Notes under the pieces: model-generated
The model's input: only the letters and a program-made list of their open reading frames with translations
Told to the model about the DNA's origin: nothing
Databases searched by the model: none
Shown: positions 10,127 to 18,360 of the stretch, one piece after another
Numbering within the stretch: the stretch's first letter is position 1
Layout: the number at the start of each line of letters is the position of its first letter
Translations under genes and position numbers: made by a program
Origin: Candidatus Daviesbacteria bacterium RIFCSPHIGHO2_01_FULL_40_11
Lineage (GTDB): Bacteria > Patescibacteriota > Microgenomatia > Daviesbacterales > UBA10151
NCBI GenBank assembly: GCA_001776635.1
Contig: MFCP01000021.1
Location: 1-42,030 of the forward strand
Direction: 5' to 3'
DNA: 42,030 nucleotides

Positions 10127-12294
10127 GGCTTGCCACTTGGATTGTGAACTAATTTATATATCTTAACCCCGAAAAGATCCTGCATCCACTCAACTTTCGA
10201 CCAACCAAAAGCTGCAACTTCATATTTTGGACTGTGGGTTGGGTCGCAAACTGAATCTTCACAGACAACGAATAACTGCTCGGTTATATCAAACGGGACT
10301 TGTTTTGGCTTATTGCCATATCGGTCTAGATAAAATTGATAAGCAGAATCATAATTGCTTTTGGCAATTAGGGCAAAATTCAAATCCTGACCACCGGCCT
10401 GATTGATCACAAATTTGGCCACATCTTGAGTCCTTTTGAGTTGATTATTTGGAGGATTTAAAAGTGGATTCCTCTGCAAATTAAGCACCGTCAGAACTAA
10501 CAGTAAAATTACTATACCTGCATTTACTAACCATCTTGTCTTATTTGAAATATTAGATGCATAAAAAGCAACTGCCCCCAACAGTAAAAAAGGCACCGGA
10601 TTCATAAATCCTAAGTAATGGTCATAAATACTCTGTTGGTAGAAAGTGAGTCCCAAAAGCCCCACCACCAACCAAATGCCTAGGACTAACTTTGGCCAGT
10701 AGAAAAACTTGTATAGTAGCGCCGCAACCACTAACAAAGACAAAATTATCATCAGGTAATAATTTTCCGCTGCCATGTATCTACCTATCAGGTTATAAGA
10801 ATAAATCGCCGGTATCCGGGCAATATTTGTCAAGATGTCAGCCTTCACAGCGCTGCCGCCGCCCAGTAGCTCGGTAATTGCCCGATAATTTAAAAAGTTG
10901 TGTCTTAAATCAAACCAAACCAATGGCGACATCATAACCAAAAATGCCACAACTGCACCCAACGTACCACTAAAGATATGCTTCCTGTGGACACCTGGAA
11001 GGTGAACAACGAGGACACCTAGTAACCATAAGATTATAAATACAGGGAGCAAAATTAATGCCAAATAATGCATCTGGACTGCTGCAGCCGCTGCTATTCC
11101 TGTCAAAATTAACCATAAGAAATTACCGGTTTTCCAAAGCCTGTAAAAACCAAAGATCGCCAGCAACGCAAAAAATGGAGCAGGGTTTGGATTCCAGGAA
11201 GACCTGGCATAGATGACTGTCACAGGTGATATAGCATACAGATAAGCTGCCACCAGTCCTGCCTGCCGATTGAACCAACTCCTACCTAGGTAATAAATAA
11301 AGGCCACTGTTAAAACTCCCAAAAAGGCATTCATGCCGGCAGCTGCCACCGGATTCAACCAGAAAATCGCCATGGGAGCGGCCATCATGTAATAATAAAG
11401 TGGACCTAAGTAAATATTTCCCACGGAAGTAGGAGGACCGATCAAAGGGAAATCATAATCAACTAACATCTTTTTGATAATGATGGCATCCCGTCCCTCA
11501 TCCCCTAGAAAAGTCATATACTCCGAAAGTCTAAAGAACCTTAAAAATGTTGCCAGCGCTAGTATGCCTACCAGTAGAATAAATAACAACTTTTGATCTT
11601 TTAGTTTCCACCAAAGTTTAAAAAGATCCATAAATGATTTAATTATTACTCTTAAATTTGACCCTGTTGGTCTACCGAAGAGTCTGGGGTAATGATTAAC
11701 TCCTATCTCAGCAATTTTAAAGCCGGATTTTTTGGCGGAAATGGCCAGCTCCGCATTAATCATCGCACCTCTGGTAGATTCTAAATGAGGAATTTTTTCC
11801 AAAACCTCTTTTCTAACCATTTTAAAACCGCAATCAACGTCTTTTAAAGTTAATCCGAAAGAAGCCCAAAGTGATAATTTCCAACCCTGTTTAAAAAGTA
11901 TTCTGAAAAATGGGTCTTGTCGCTTTAACCTATATCCGATAATCAAATCATAATCCGAGATCTTATCCAAGAATTTCGTCACCTCTGCAAAATCAAACTG
12001 TCCATCCCCATCCGTATAGACTATGGTGTCATAGCGCGCATTATAAAAGCCGGACTTTAAAGCCTCACCGTAACCTAAATTTTGGGGATGGTGAATAACT
12101 CTGATATTAGGATTTTGCCGAGCCAAGAAGTCTGCAATTTTACCGGTTTTATCAGTTGAGCCATCGTCAACAATAATAATCTCATACTTGAGCTTAAGCT
12201 TTTCTAAAACCTCCCTTGCCTTTTTCACACCATTTTCAATATTGCCCTCTTCGTTAATACAAGGAAAGAAAACAGAAAGCGAATCAATACTCAT
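10123..12294 (-). CDS. Fusion protein: N-terminal GT2 polyprenyl-phosphate sugar synthase plus C-terminal GT-C membrane glycosyltransferase
   Basis: GT2 part: VFFPCINEEGNI, IIVDDGSTDKT, YTDGDGQFD, DVDCGFKMV. From about aa 240 it is polytopic, with FLGDEGRDAIIIKKMLVDYDFPLIGPPTSVGNIYLGPLYYYMMAAP. That motif is shared with 27215, 28737 and 32116. I prefer the ATG at 12294 (MSIDSLSV...) over the GTG at 12315 used by the ORF track. Confidence 0.75.
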   Translation of the reverse strand: MSIDSLSVFFPCINEEGNIENGVKKAREVLEKLKLKYEIIIVDDGSTDKTGKIADFLARQNPNIRVIHHPQNLGYGEALKSGFYNARYDTIVYTDGDGQFDFAEVTKFLDKISDYDLIIGYRLKRQDPFFRILFKQGWKLSLWASFGLTLKDVDCGFKMVRKEVLEKIPHLESTRGAMINAELAISAKKSGFKIAEIGVNHYPRLFGRPTGSNLRVIIKSFMDLFKLWWKLKDQKLLFILLVGILALATFLRFFRLSEYMTFLGDEGRDAIIIKKMLVDYDFPLIGPPTSVGNIYLGPLYYYMMAAPMAIFWLNPVAAAGMNAFLGVLTVAFIYYLGRSWFNRQAGLVAAYLYAISPVTVIYARSSWNPNPAPFFALLAIFGFYRLWKTGNFLWLILTGIAAAAAVQMHYLALILLPVFIILWLLGVLVVHLPGVHRKHIFSGTLGAVVAFLVMMSPLVWFDLRHNFLNYRAITELLGGGSAVKADILTNIARIPAIYSYNLIGRYMAAENYYLMIILSLLVVAALLYKFFYWPKLVLGIWLVVGLLGLTFYQQSIYDHYLGFMNPVPFLLLGAVAFYASNISNKTRWLVNAGIVILLLVLTVLNLQRNPLLNPPNNQLKRTQDVAKFVINQAGGQDLNFALIAKSNYDSAYQFYLDRYGNKPKQVPFDITEQLFVVCEDSVCDPTHSPKYEVAAFGWSKVEWMQDLFGVKIYKLVHNPSGKP

Positions 12295-12303
12295 TAGGAT
12301 TAG

Positions 12304-12312
12304 AGTGTAGCA
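12304..12312 (-). promoter_or_regulatory. Extended -10 for the GT2-GT-C fusion operon
   Basis: Minus strand: TGcTACACT, 9 nt, ATG(12294). Confidence 0.4.
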
Positions 12313-12328
12313 CACAAACCCATTTTTC

Positions 12329-12337
12329 TGCTATGAT
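12329..12337 (+). promoter_or_regulatory. Extended -10 for the 12345 gene
   Basis: TGcTATGAT, 7 nt, ATG(12345). Confidence 0.5.
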
Positions 12338-12344
12338 TTGGTAG

Positions 12345-13514
12345 ATGAGTAAGTCAGTCAAAGATTGTATTATCCTGGCGCTTTTAACTCTAGCTGCCAC
12401 TTTTCTAATATGGCTACCTCATATTTTAACTATGCCTAATCTTTGGGGGCTATCCTTCAAAGAAGGATTTTCTACAATTTATCGAAACTTTGATGGTTTG
12501 GAATATGTCGTTATTGCAAAAACTTTTTATGATCCAGCCGCCATTTCTGCCCTACCACTGTCCCTACCGGCTAATTATTTTGCCTCACATTTTCCCGGAT
12601 ATGCCCTTTTAATTGCGGTTTTTTCTCCGATATTAGGATATTTAAAATCAATGCTTTTTGTGTCAGTCTTATCCACAATTCTCGCTAGTTTAGTCTTTTA
12701 CTTTTTAGTTAAAGATTTTAAGTTAAGCAATCATCCACTTTTTTTGTCTTTTATATTTTTAATTTTTCCTGCCAGGTGGTTAGTAGTTCACAGCGTCGGT
12801 TCATCAGAACCTACCTTTATTCTTTTTATTATCGCCGCCATTTATTTCTTTATGAAATTTGAGCAGTCAAAAAAAGTTCCCAATATTATCTTGGCAGGGC
12901 TCTTTGGACTCTTGGCTCAAATTACCAGACCCCCAGGAATACTGCTTTTCATTGCTTTTGCTTCATATATCTTTTATAAATTCTACCTTCAAATCAAACT
13001 GGTTGTATTTCAAAAAGCATTGGCGGATCACTTAAAGTATTTTCCCCTGATACTAATCCCATTAGGACTTATGGGCATATTCTACTTGTATAACCAAACA
13101 TATGGAGATTTTTGGGCTTATTTTAAAAGCGGAGACAATATTCATTTAACATTTCCACCCTTTCAAGTTTTCAATAAGGGGCAGTTTTGGGTAGGAGATA
13201 TTTGGCTGGAGGACATCATCTATATTTTTCTGCTGGGATTTTTAGGAGCAGTAATGCTCCTGAAACAAAAGCTTTTACCCTTAGCTTTTTTTGTTCTAAC
13301 TTATCTTACCGCCTCTACCTTAGTGGCCCACCGCGACATAAGCCGCTACCTTTTACCTATTAGTCCTTTTATCTTAATTGCTTTTGAGAAAATCTTAACC
13401 AGCCGAGAATTTAAAATTATCCTCCCGATAATACTACTGGCAATATACCTTTATGCCCAAAATTTTATACTAGCAAATACTGCCCCCATTCCCAACCTTG
13501 AAATGTTTAATTAA
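12345..13514 (+). CDS. Polytopic membrane protein, probable GT-C mannosyltransferase-like (PIG-V/DUF2029-like)
   Basis: 389 aa, about 10 TM. Loop motif: YRNFDGLEYVVIAKTFYD...HFPGYALLIAVF. TGcTATGAT lies 7 nt upstream of the ATG. Confidence 0.5.
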   Translation: MSKSVKDCIILALLTLAATFLIWLPHILTMPNLWGLSFKEGFSTIYRNFDGLEYVVIAKTFYDPAAISALPLSLPANYFASHFPGYALLIAVFSPILGYLKSMLFVSVLSTILASLVFYFLVKDFKLSNHPLFLSFIFLIFPARWLVVHSVGSSEPTFILFIIAAIYFFMKFEQSKKVPNIILAGLFGLLAQITRPPGILLFIAFASYIFYKFYLQIKLVVFQKALADHLKYFPLILIPLGLMGIFYLYNQTYGDFWAYFKSGDNIHLTFPPFQVFNKGQFWVGDIWLEDIIYIFLLGFLGAVMLLKQKLLPLAFFVLTYLTASTLVAHRDISRYLLPISPFILIAFEKILTSREFKIILPIILLAIYLYAQNFILANTAPIPNLEMFN

Positions 13515-14698
13515 TTCTCCTCTCGGCGCCAGGTAATCAAATGATTAACTGTAAAATTCCAAAGCATGACCGGCGGGATGGTTGCAAAAAAATAGAAATT
13601 ATTATAAGCAATAGGGCGACCAAATATAATGACAAATCCATCTCCGTAAGTTAAATGTAAATATTTAACTATCAAAACCCCAATAATAAGTCCTCCCAAG
13701 GAAACTACATTAAATATTCCAAGCTTTTGCCAGAGATTTGTTTTAGTTTTTCTATATCTAAAAGTCCAATAATTGTTCAAGATAAAATTATTGATGATCG
13801 CTATTTCTGTAGAAAAACCCTTTGCGGTTGCTGGAGTTAAATTTAAGAAATTGATAAACACCTTATAAAAAAGAAAGTCTACTAAAGTTCCTATCGCTCC
13901 AACTAAACTAAATTTGACTAAAGTTTTTGCTCTTCTGGATAAACGATAAAAAGGAATATTGAACCCTAGCGAATGCATTCTTGCATCCAAACAATAAACA
14001 ATAACATCATAGGTGTAGTTAAAAACTTTATTTTTGGAATAACCCTCTAAACGATTTTTAAAAATGAGCGGTACTTCTTTATACTTTGCCCCGGCGAGTA
14101 CTGCTTCATGCAAAAAAGCCGGCTGAATAATAAAAGTCCGCTCTTGCCAAGGCAATCTCCCTAAATTAATTTTATTAAAAAGCGCCGGAGTAAAAGCTCT
14201 GGCGGAATTTGTAACTTCTCTAATATCCCAAGGACCCATTACTAATCGACAAAAAATTGAGGCTCCATATGTAAAAATTCTTCTTACAAAGGATAACTGA
14301 TTTTTCCCACCGCTTACAAACCTGGAACCTATTGCCAGAGAATATCCTTCCTCTATAGTTTTAATAAGTCTTACCAGAACATCCGGCACCACCTGTCCGT
14401 CTGCATCGAGTTGAGCTAAAACATCTGGATGTAAGTTATCTAGCGCATACTGATGACCTTTAATAAGCCCAACGCCTAAACCTGGTTCCACTTTTATGAA
14501 ATGCACTCTCCTATTCTTCCTAATTAATTCTTTCGCAACTTGTTCTATCCCATCAGAAGACCTGATATCATCTGCAATTACAACACTTATTTCGAAGTTG
14601 GGTATATTTTTTTCTTGTTCAAAAACTTTCTCAACGGTCTTTGCGATATTCCCTTTTTCATTATAAGTAGGTAAAACTACACTGACTATTTTTTTCAT
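13511..14698 (-). CDS. Bifunctional GT2 (DPM1-like) / GtrA-family protein
   Basis: 395 aa. GT2 part: VVLPTYNEKGNI, AQLDADGQ (DXD), GSRF. C-terminal 4-TM GtrA-like module: KFSLVGAIGTLVDFLFYKVF...NNFILNNYWTFR...WNFTVNHLITW. Confidence 0.75.
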   Translation of the reverse strand: MKKIVSVVLPTYNEKGNIAKTVEKVFEQEKNIPNFEISVVIADDIRSSDGIEQVAKELIRKNRRVHFIKVEPGLGVGLIKGHQYALDNLHPDVLAQLDADGQVVPDVLVRLIKTIEEGYSLAIGSRFVSGGKNQLSFVRRIFTYGASIFCRLVMGPWDIREVTNSARAFTPALFNKINLGRLPWQERTFIIQPAFLHEAVLAGAKYKEVPLIFKNRLEGYSKNKVFNYTYDVIVYCLDARMHSLGFNIPFYRLSRRAKTLVKFSLVGAIGTLVDFLFYKVFINFLNLTPATAKGFSTEIAIINNFILNNYWTFRYRKTKTNLWQKLGIFNVVSLGGLIIGVLIVKYLHLTYGDGFVIIFGRPIAYNNFYFFATIPPVMLWNFTVNHLITWRREEN

Positions 14699-14706
14699 AT
14701 TGATCG

Positions 14707-14735
14707 ATTGTAATGGAAGATAAAAATATTAGCAA
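14707..14735 (-). promoter_or_regulatory. Promoter of the GT2-GtrA gene
   Basis: Minus strand: TTGCTA, 17 nt, TACAAT, 8 nt, ATG(14698). Confidence 0.5.
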
Positions 14736-14758
14736 TGTTGTTTTTGGGAAACAGAAAG

Positions 14759-15775
14759 TTAAGAAAATTTTGCCAAGTCTGCATGAACCATAATTCTGAC
14801 TAAATCTTTGAATTTAGTCTTTGGTTCCCATCCTAAAACCTTTTTGGCTTTTGAAGCATCACCAGTCAGCGGACCTGTTTGCACCGGAGGTACAAAATGT
14901 GGATCTGTTTCCACATAATCCTTCCAATTTAAACCCACAACAGAGAAAGCTTCGTCGGCAAACTCTCCAACAGTATGCATCTCCCCAGTCGCAGCCACAA
15001 AATCATCTGCTTTGTCCTGTTGTAACACCATCCACATGAGTTCCACATAATCAGGGGCATAACCCCAATCTCTTTTGGCATCAAGATCTCCCAATTTTAC
15101 TTTTCCATTTTTTACAATCGGTTCACCTATCTCGTTTAAAGGTATCCCCTCTTTTCTATTATTCTTAATTACTGCTACGGCGGCAGTTATTTTTCTTGTT
15201 ACAAAATTTAAACCACGTCTGGGACTTTCATGATTGAAAAGGATTCCGCAAGAAATAAACTGCGGTTCCTTCCTATCATTCCTTGCAATAGTTGCCATTC
15301 TGTGTGCAAATTCTTTGGCGGCTGCGTAAGGATTGGCAGGATTAAAAGGAGTATCTTCGTTTTGAGGAACTTGTTTTGGTACACCAAACATCTCGGATGT
15401 TGATGCTTGATAAATCTTAGCATCGGGCACAACCCGCTTAGCTCGCTCGAAAACATGCAGGGCACCTACCCCTGTAACCATAATTGCTCCAAGTTTATCG
15501 CTAAATGACCCAAGCGGAGAAGAAAGTGCAGCCAGGTTATATATTTCATCCGGTTTAAAATCTAAAAGAGCTAGGGCAATAGATTCCGGTGAATGTAAAT
15601 CTCCATAATAAACTTTTACCTCATCTTTAATTTCGTTAATATTACCTAAATCCAGAGCCGCATTTCTTCGGACCAAACCTGCCACCTCGTACCCTTTATC
15701 CAAAAGAAGTTCGGTAAGATAGGAACCATCTTGTCCAGAAATCCCGGTTATAAAAGCTCTTTTTTTATTTGCCAT
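14759..15775 (-). CDS. gmd: GDP-mannose 4,6-dehydratase
   Basis: 338 aa. Motifs: KRAFITGISGQDGSYLTELLLDKGYEV, QASTSEMFG, YAAAKEFAH, ILFNHESPRRG, RDWGYA. Confidence 0.9.
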   Translation of the reverse strand: MANKKRAFITGISGQDGSYLTELLLDKGYEVAGLVRRNAALDLGNINEIKDEVKVYYGDLHSPESIALALLDFKPDEIYNLAALSSPLGSFSDKLGAIMVTGVGALHVFERAKRVVPDAKIYQASTSEMFGVPKQVPQNEDTPFNPANPYAAAKEFAHRMATIARNDRKEPQFISCGILFNHESPRRGLNFVTRKITAAVAVIKNNRKEGIPLNEIGEPIVKNGKVKLGDLDAKRDWGYAPDYVELMWMVLQQDKADDFVAATGEMHTVGEFADEAFSVVGLNWKDYVETDPHFVPPVQTGPLTGDASKAKKVLGWEPKTKFKDLVRIMVHADLAKFS

Positions 15776-15824
15776 ATTTTATTTTGGGCTTTTCTTACCA
15801 TCGTAAGACGGCAAGTTCATTTTA

Positions 15825-16724
15825 CTATAGCTGATTTCTTGCTTGCTCGTCAATCTCTTTTTTGAAAAGTACAAGACCTTCTTCAACCGTATGTAATATT
15901 CCCTCCCCAAATTCCCGCTCAAACTTCGTCGGATTTAACCAAGAAAACTTTAACAGTTTTGCCTTTTTTTCTTTATTATATTCATCAAGGCCTATTGAGT
16001 TTATCAATGAATAATTAAGCTTAAAAACCTCGGCAATCGTTTTGGCAAATTCTAACGGAGTAACACTATCTGTGCTACTGACGTGATAAAGCCCGCTGGA
16101 GCCTGCCTCAACCAGATGCGCTAGCGCTGCAGCAATATCAGAGACTACAGTTGGAGTAACTCTTTGGTCTTCAATTGCTTTAATGCTCCTTCCCGCCTGC
16201 AATTCCTCCAAAAAAAACCTGGCAATATCTTTTTTCTCCTGATAGAAGCTTGAAAAAGGCATTGATATTCTAACTATGGTTGACAAACATCCACTTTCCG
16301 CAACAAACTCCTCCCCAAAAAGTTTAGTAATTCCATACCAATTGATTGGACTGGGTTTATCTTCTTCCGTATAAGGACTATTCTCTTTCCTGCCATCAAA
16401 GACATACTCTGTTGAAATATGGATTAATTTTTTACCAAACTCTTTACAAACTTCTGCCACATTTTTAGCCCCCACTGCATTTATCAAATAGCAGATCCCC
16501 TCTTTATCCCGTTTTTGGGCTTCAGCATCCTCAACTTGGGTAAAGGCGGCAAAATTAATAATAGTATCCGGATTAGACTGTTGGGTAAATTTTAAGATTT
16601 GATCTTTATTTAATATATCTATTTCTTGGCTTTGAGGCGCGCTAATATCAAACTGGTTGGCATTTAGTTTCACAAATCTTGATCCCACCAGACCGCTACC
16701 ACCAAACACCAATACTTTTTTCAT
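15825..16724 (-). CDS. rfbD: dTDP-4-dehydrorhamnose reductase
   Basis: RmlD-type layout: KVLVFGGSGLVGS, PDTIINFAAFTQVEDAE, ISTEYVFDGRKENSPYTEEDKPSPINWYGITKLFGE. Adjacent to rfbC and rfbB. The ATG at 16724 overlaps the rfbC TGA by 1 nt; the ORF track starts at the GTG at 16727. Confidence 0.75.
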   Translation of the reverse strand: MKKVLVFGGSGLVGSRFVKLNANQFDISAPQSQEIDILNKDQILKFTQQSNPDTIINFAAFTQVEDAEAQKRDKEGICYLINAVGAKNVAEVCKEFGKKLIHISTEYVFDGRKENSPYTEEDKPSPINWYGITKLFGEEFVAESGCLSTIVRISMPFSSFYQEKKDIARFFLEELQAGRSIKAIEDQRVTPTVVSDIAAALAHLVEAGSSGLYHVSSTDSVTPLEFAKTIAEVFKLNYSLINSIGLDEYNKEKKAKLLKFSWLNPTKFEREFGEGILHTVEEGLVLFKKEIDEQARNQL

Positions 16725-17275
16725 CACTTAAACTTCTCCGGGAATAGATCTCTTAAGTTTGGGTTATTTCTATCTCTTTCAGAGATAATAGGATTTTCGA
16801 TAGGCCAATTTATTTGCAAATCAGGATCATCCCAGGCAATTGCTCTGGTATCCGAACCGTCATAATAGCTATCCACTAAATAAATATAATCCACGCTCTT
16901 TTCTCCAGTTACACAAAGCGAATTAGCCAGTCCATTGGGTATAAAAAGCCCAATCCGATTATCGTCACCTACATTAAAAGTTTCTACTTTGGCAAAAGTT
17001 GGGGAATCCGGCCTTATATCAACTATGGCTATGAAAACTTCTCCGGAAACCGGATAAATAATTTTATTCCATTTTTCGGCGTGTATCCCCCTGATTACCC
17101 TGGGAACAGAATTTGAATGATTCATCTGTATACCATCAAATTTAAAACCGATAATTTTTTCTAGTTCATCTTTATGAAACAGTTCCCTAAAAAAGCCTCT
17201 CTCGTCCGAAAAGATTGGTCTTTCTAAAATCAGAAGACCGGCAATTGTTGTAGTTTTAATGAATTTTTGATCCAT
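16724..17275 (-). CDS. rfbC: dTDP-4-dehydrorhamnose 3,5-epimerase
   Basis: Cupin-type motifs: FSDERGFFRELF, VIRGIHAE, GEVFIAIVDIRPDSPTF, LFIPNGLANS, AWDDPDLQINWP. I prefer the ATG at 17275 (MDQKF...) over the TTG at 17302. Confidence 0.85.
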   Translation of the reverse strand: MDQKFIKTTTIAGLLILERPIFSDERGFFRELFHKDELEKIIGFKFDGIQMNHSNSVPRVIRGIHAEKWNKIIYPVSGEVFIAIVDIRPDSPTFAKVETFNVGDDNRIGLFIPNGLANSLCVTGEKSVDYIYLVDSYYDGSDTRAIAWDDPDLQINWPIENPIISERDRNNPNLRDLFPEKFK

Positions 17276-18269
17276 AAGATTTTTGGGCCATCCGATCGAC
17301 AATTGGTCTGCCTTCTTTTAACGGTTTCCACCACCATTCATTTTCTTTATACCATCCAACTATTCTTTGTAGATCAGAATCCACGCTGTGCTTTCGTTCC
17401 CAGCCTAGACTTTTAAGTTTTTCTCCATTGATAGCGTAACGGAAATCATGGCCTAACCTATGCTCCACAAATTCAATCATTGATTCATCCAAACCCATTA
17501 TACTAAGAAGCGTCTGTGTGATTTCCATATTGGTTTTCTCTTCTCCTTGGATTAAATAAGTTTCACCAACTTCACCTTTTTGTAAAACAAAATCAATAGC
17601 TTCTGCATGATCTCCTACATGCAACCATTCCCTGATATTTTCTCCTTTTCCCATTAAGGGAACTTTTTCCCCTTCTAAAAGGTTGGTGATAAATCGAGGG
17701 ATCAGCTTCTCCGGATCGTGATAAGGACCATAGTTATTGGCACAATTTGTAATAGTAACAGGCAGACCATAGGTTTCAAAATATGCTCTGACCAAATGAT
17801 CAGATCCGGCCTTGGATGCAGAATATGGAGTGCGAGGATTGTAAGGGGTGTCTTCTGTAAACGGAGGATCTTCTAGTCCCAACTCACCATAGACTTCGTC
17901 TGTTGACACATGATGAAACCTTTTTATTTTTGCTTCAAGCGCTGCATTTAAGAGCACTGCAGTTCCTAAAACATTTGTTCTGACAAACTGCAAAGGATCA
18001 ATAATCGAGCGGTCAACATGTGACTCTGCGGCAAAATGCACCACTACATCAATACCATCCATGGCTTGCTCCACAGTATTTCCATCAGCGATATCCCCTT
18101 TAATAAATTGATAATTAGGGTTAGTCTCAATATCCTTCAAGCTTTCCGGATGTCCTGCATAAGTCAATGCGTCCAGATTAACAATTCTATCTTGCGGATG
18201 AGACTTTAACCAATAATGGATAAAATTAGAGCCGATGAACCCGGCGCCTCCTGTAATTAATAGTTTCAC
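17256..18269 (-). CDS. rfbB: dTDP-glucose 4,6-dehydratase
   Basis: 337 aa. Motifs: KLLITGGAGFIGSNF, HFAAESHVDRS, VSTDEVYG, YSASKAGSDHLVRAY. GTG start. Confidence 0.92.
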   Translation of the reverse strand: MKLLITGGAGFIGSNFIHYWLKSHPQDRIVNLDALTYAGHPESLKDIETNPNYQFIKGDIADGNTVEQAMDGIDVVVHFAAESHVDRSIIDPLQFVRTNVLGTAVLLNAALEAKIKRFHHVSTDEVYGELGLEDPPFTEDTPYNPRTPYSASKAGSDHLVRAYFETYGLPVTITNCANNYGPYHDPEKLIPRFITNLLEGEKVPLMGKGENIREWLHVGDHAEAIDFVLQKGEVGETYLIQGEEKTNMEITQTLLSIMGLDESMIEFVEHRLGHDFRYAINGEKLKSLGWERKHSVDSDLQRIVGWYKENEWWWKPLKEGRPIVDRMAQKSYGSKIH

Positions 18270-18280
18270 GTTTTTTGAAT

Positions 18281-18345
18281 CCTTTCAAAAAAGGCAAGGT
18301 TCTGATGTCTGAGCAGTAAAATATTAACATACTGCGAAGACATCA
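18281..18345 (-). other. Two intra-operon stem-loops between rfbA and rfbB
   Basis: Stem 1: 18303-18318 pairs with 18330-18345 (14 of 16 bp, 11-nt loop). Stem 2: ccttt-caaa-aaagg at 18281-18294; on the mRNA its 3' arm contains the only SD-like AAAGG(A) ahead of the rfbB GTG. Confidence 0.5.
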
Positions 18346-18360
18346 TTGGTCCTTTTATAT

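Noticed and set aside
12295-12315. N-terminal extensions from alternative TTG/GTG starts used by the ORF track (12315, 17302, 20852, 23583, 30258, 30263, 32087, 39108, 16727)
   Set aside because: In each case a downstream ATG restores a canonical N-terminus. Examples are a Rossmann GxGxxG close to Met (galE) and signal peptides or anchors. In most cases that ATG is also positioned 6-9 nt after a -10 hexamer, and several extended starts fall inside the promoter elements themselves.
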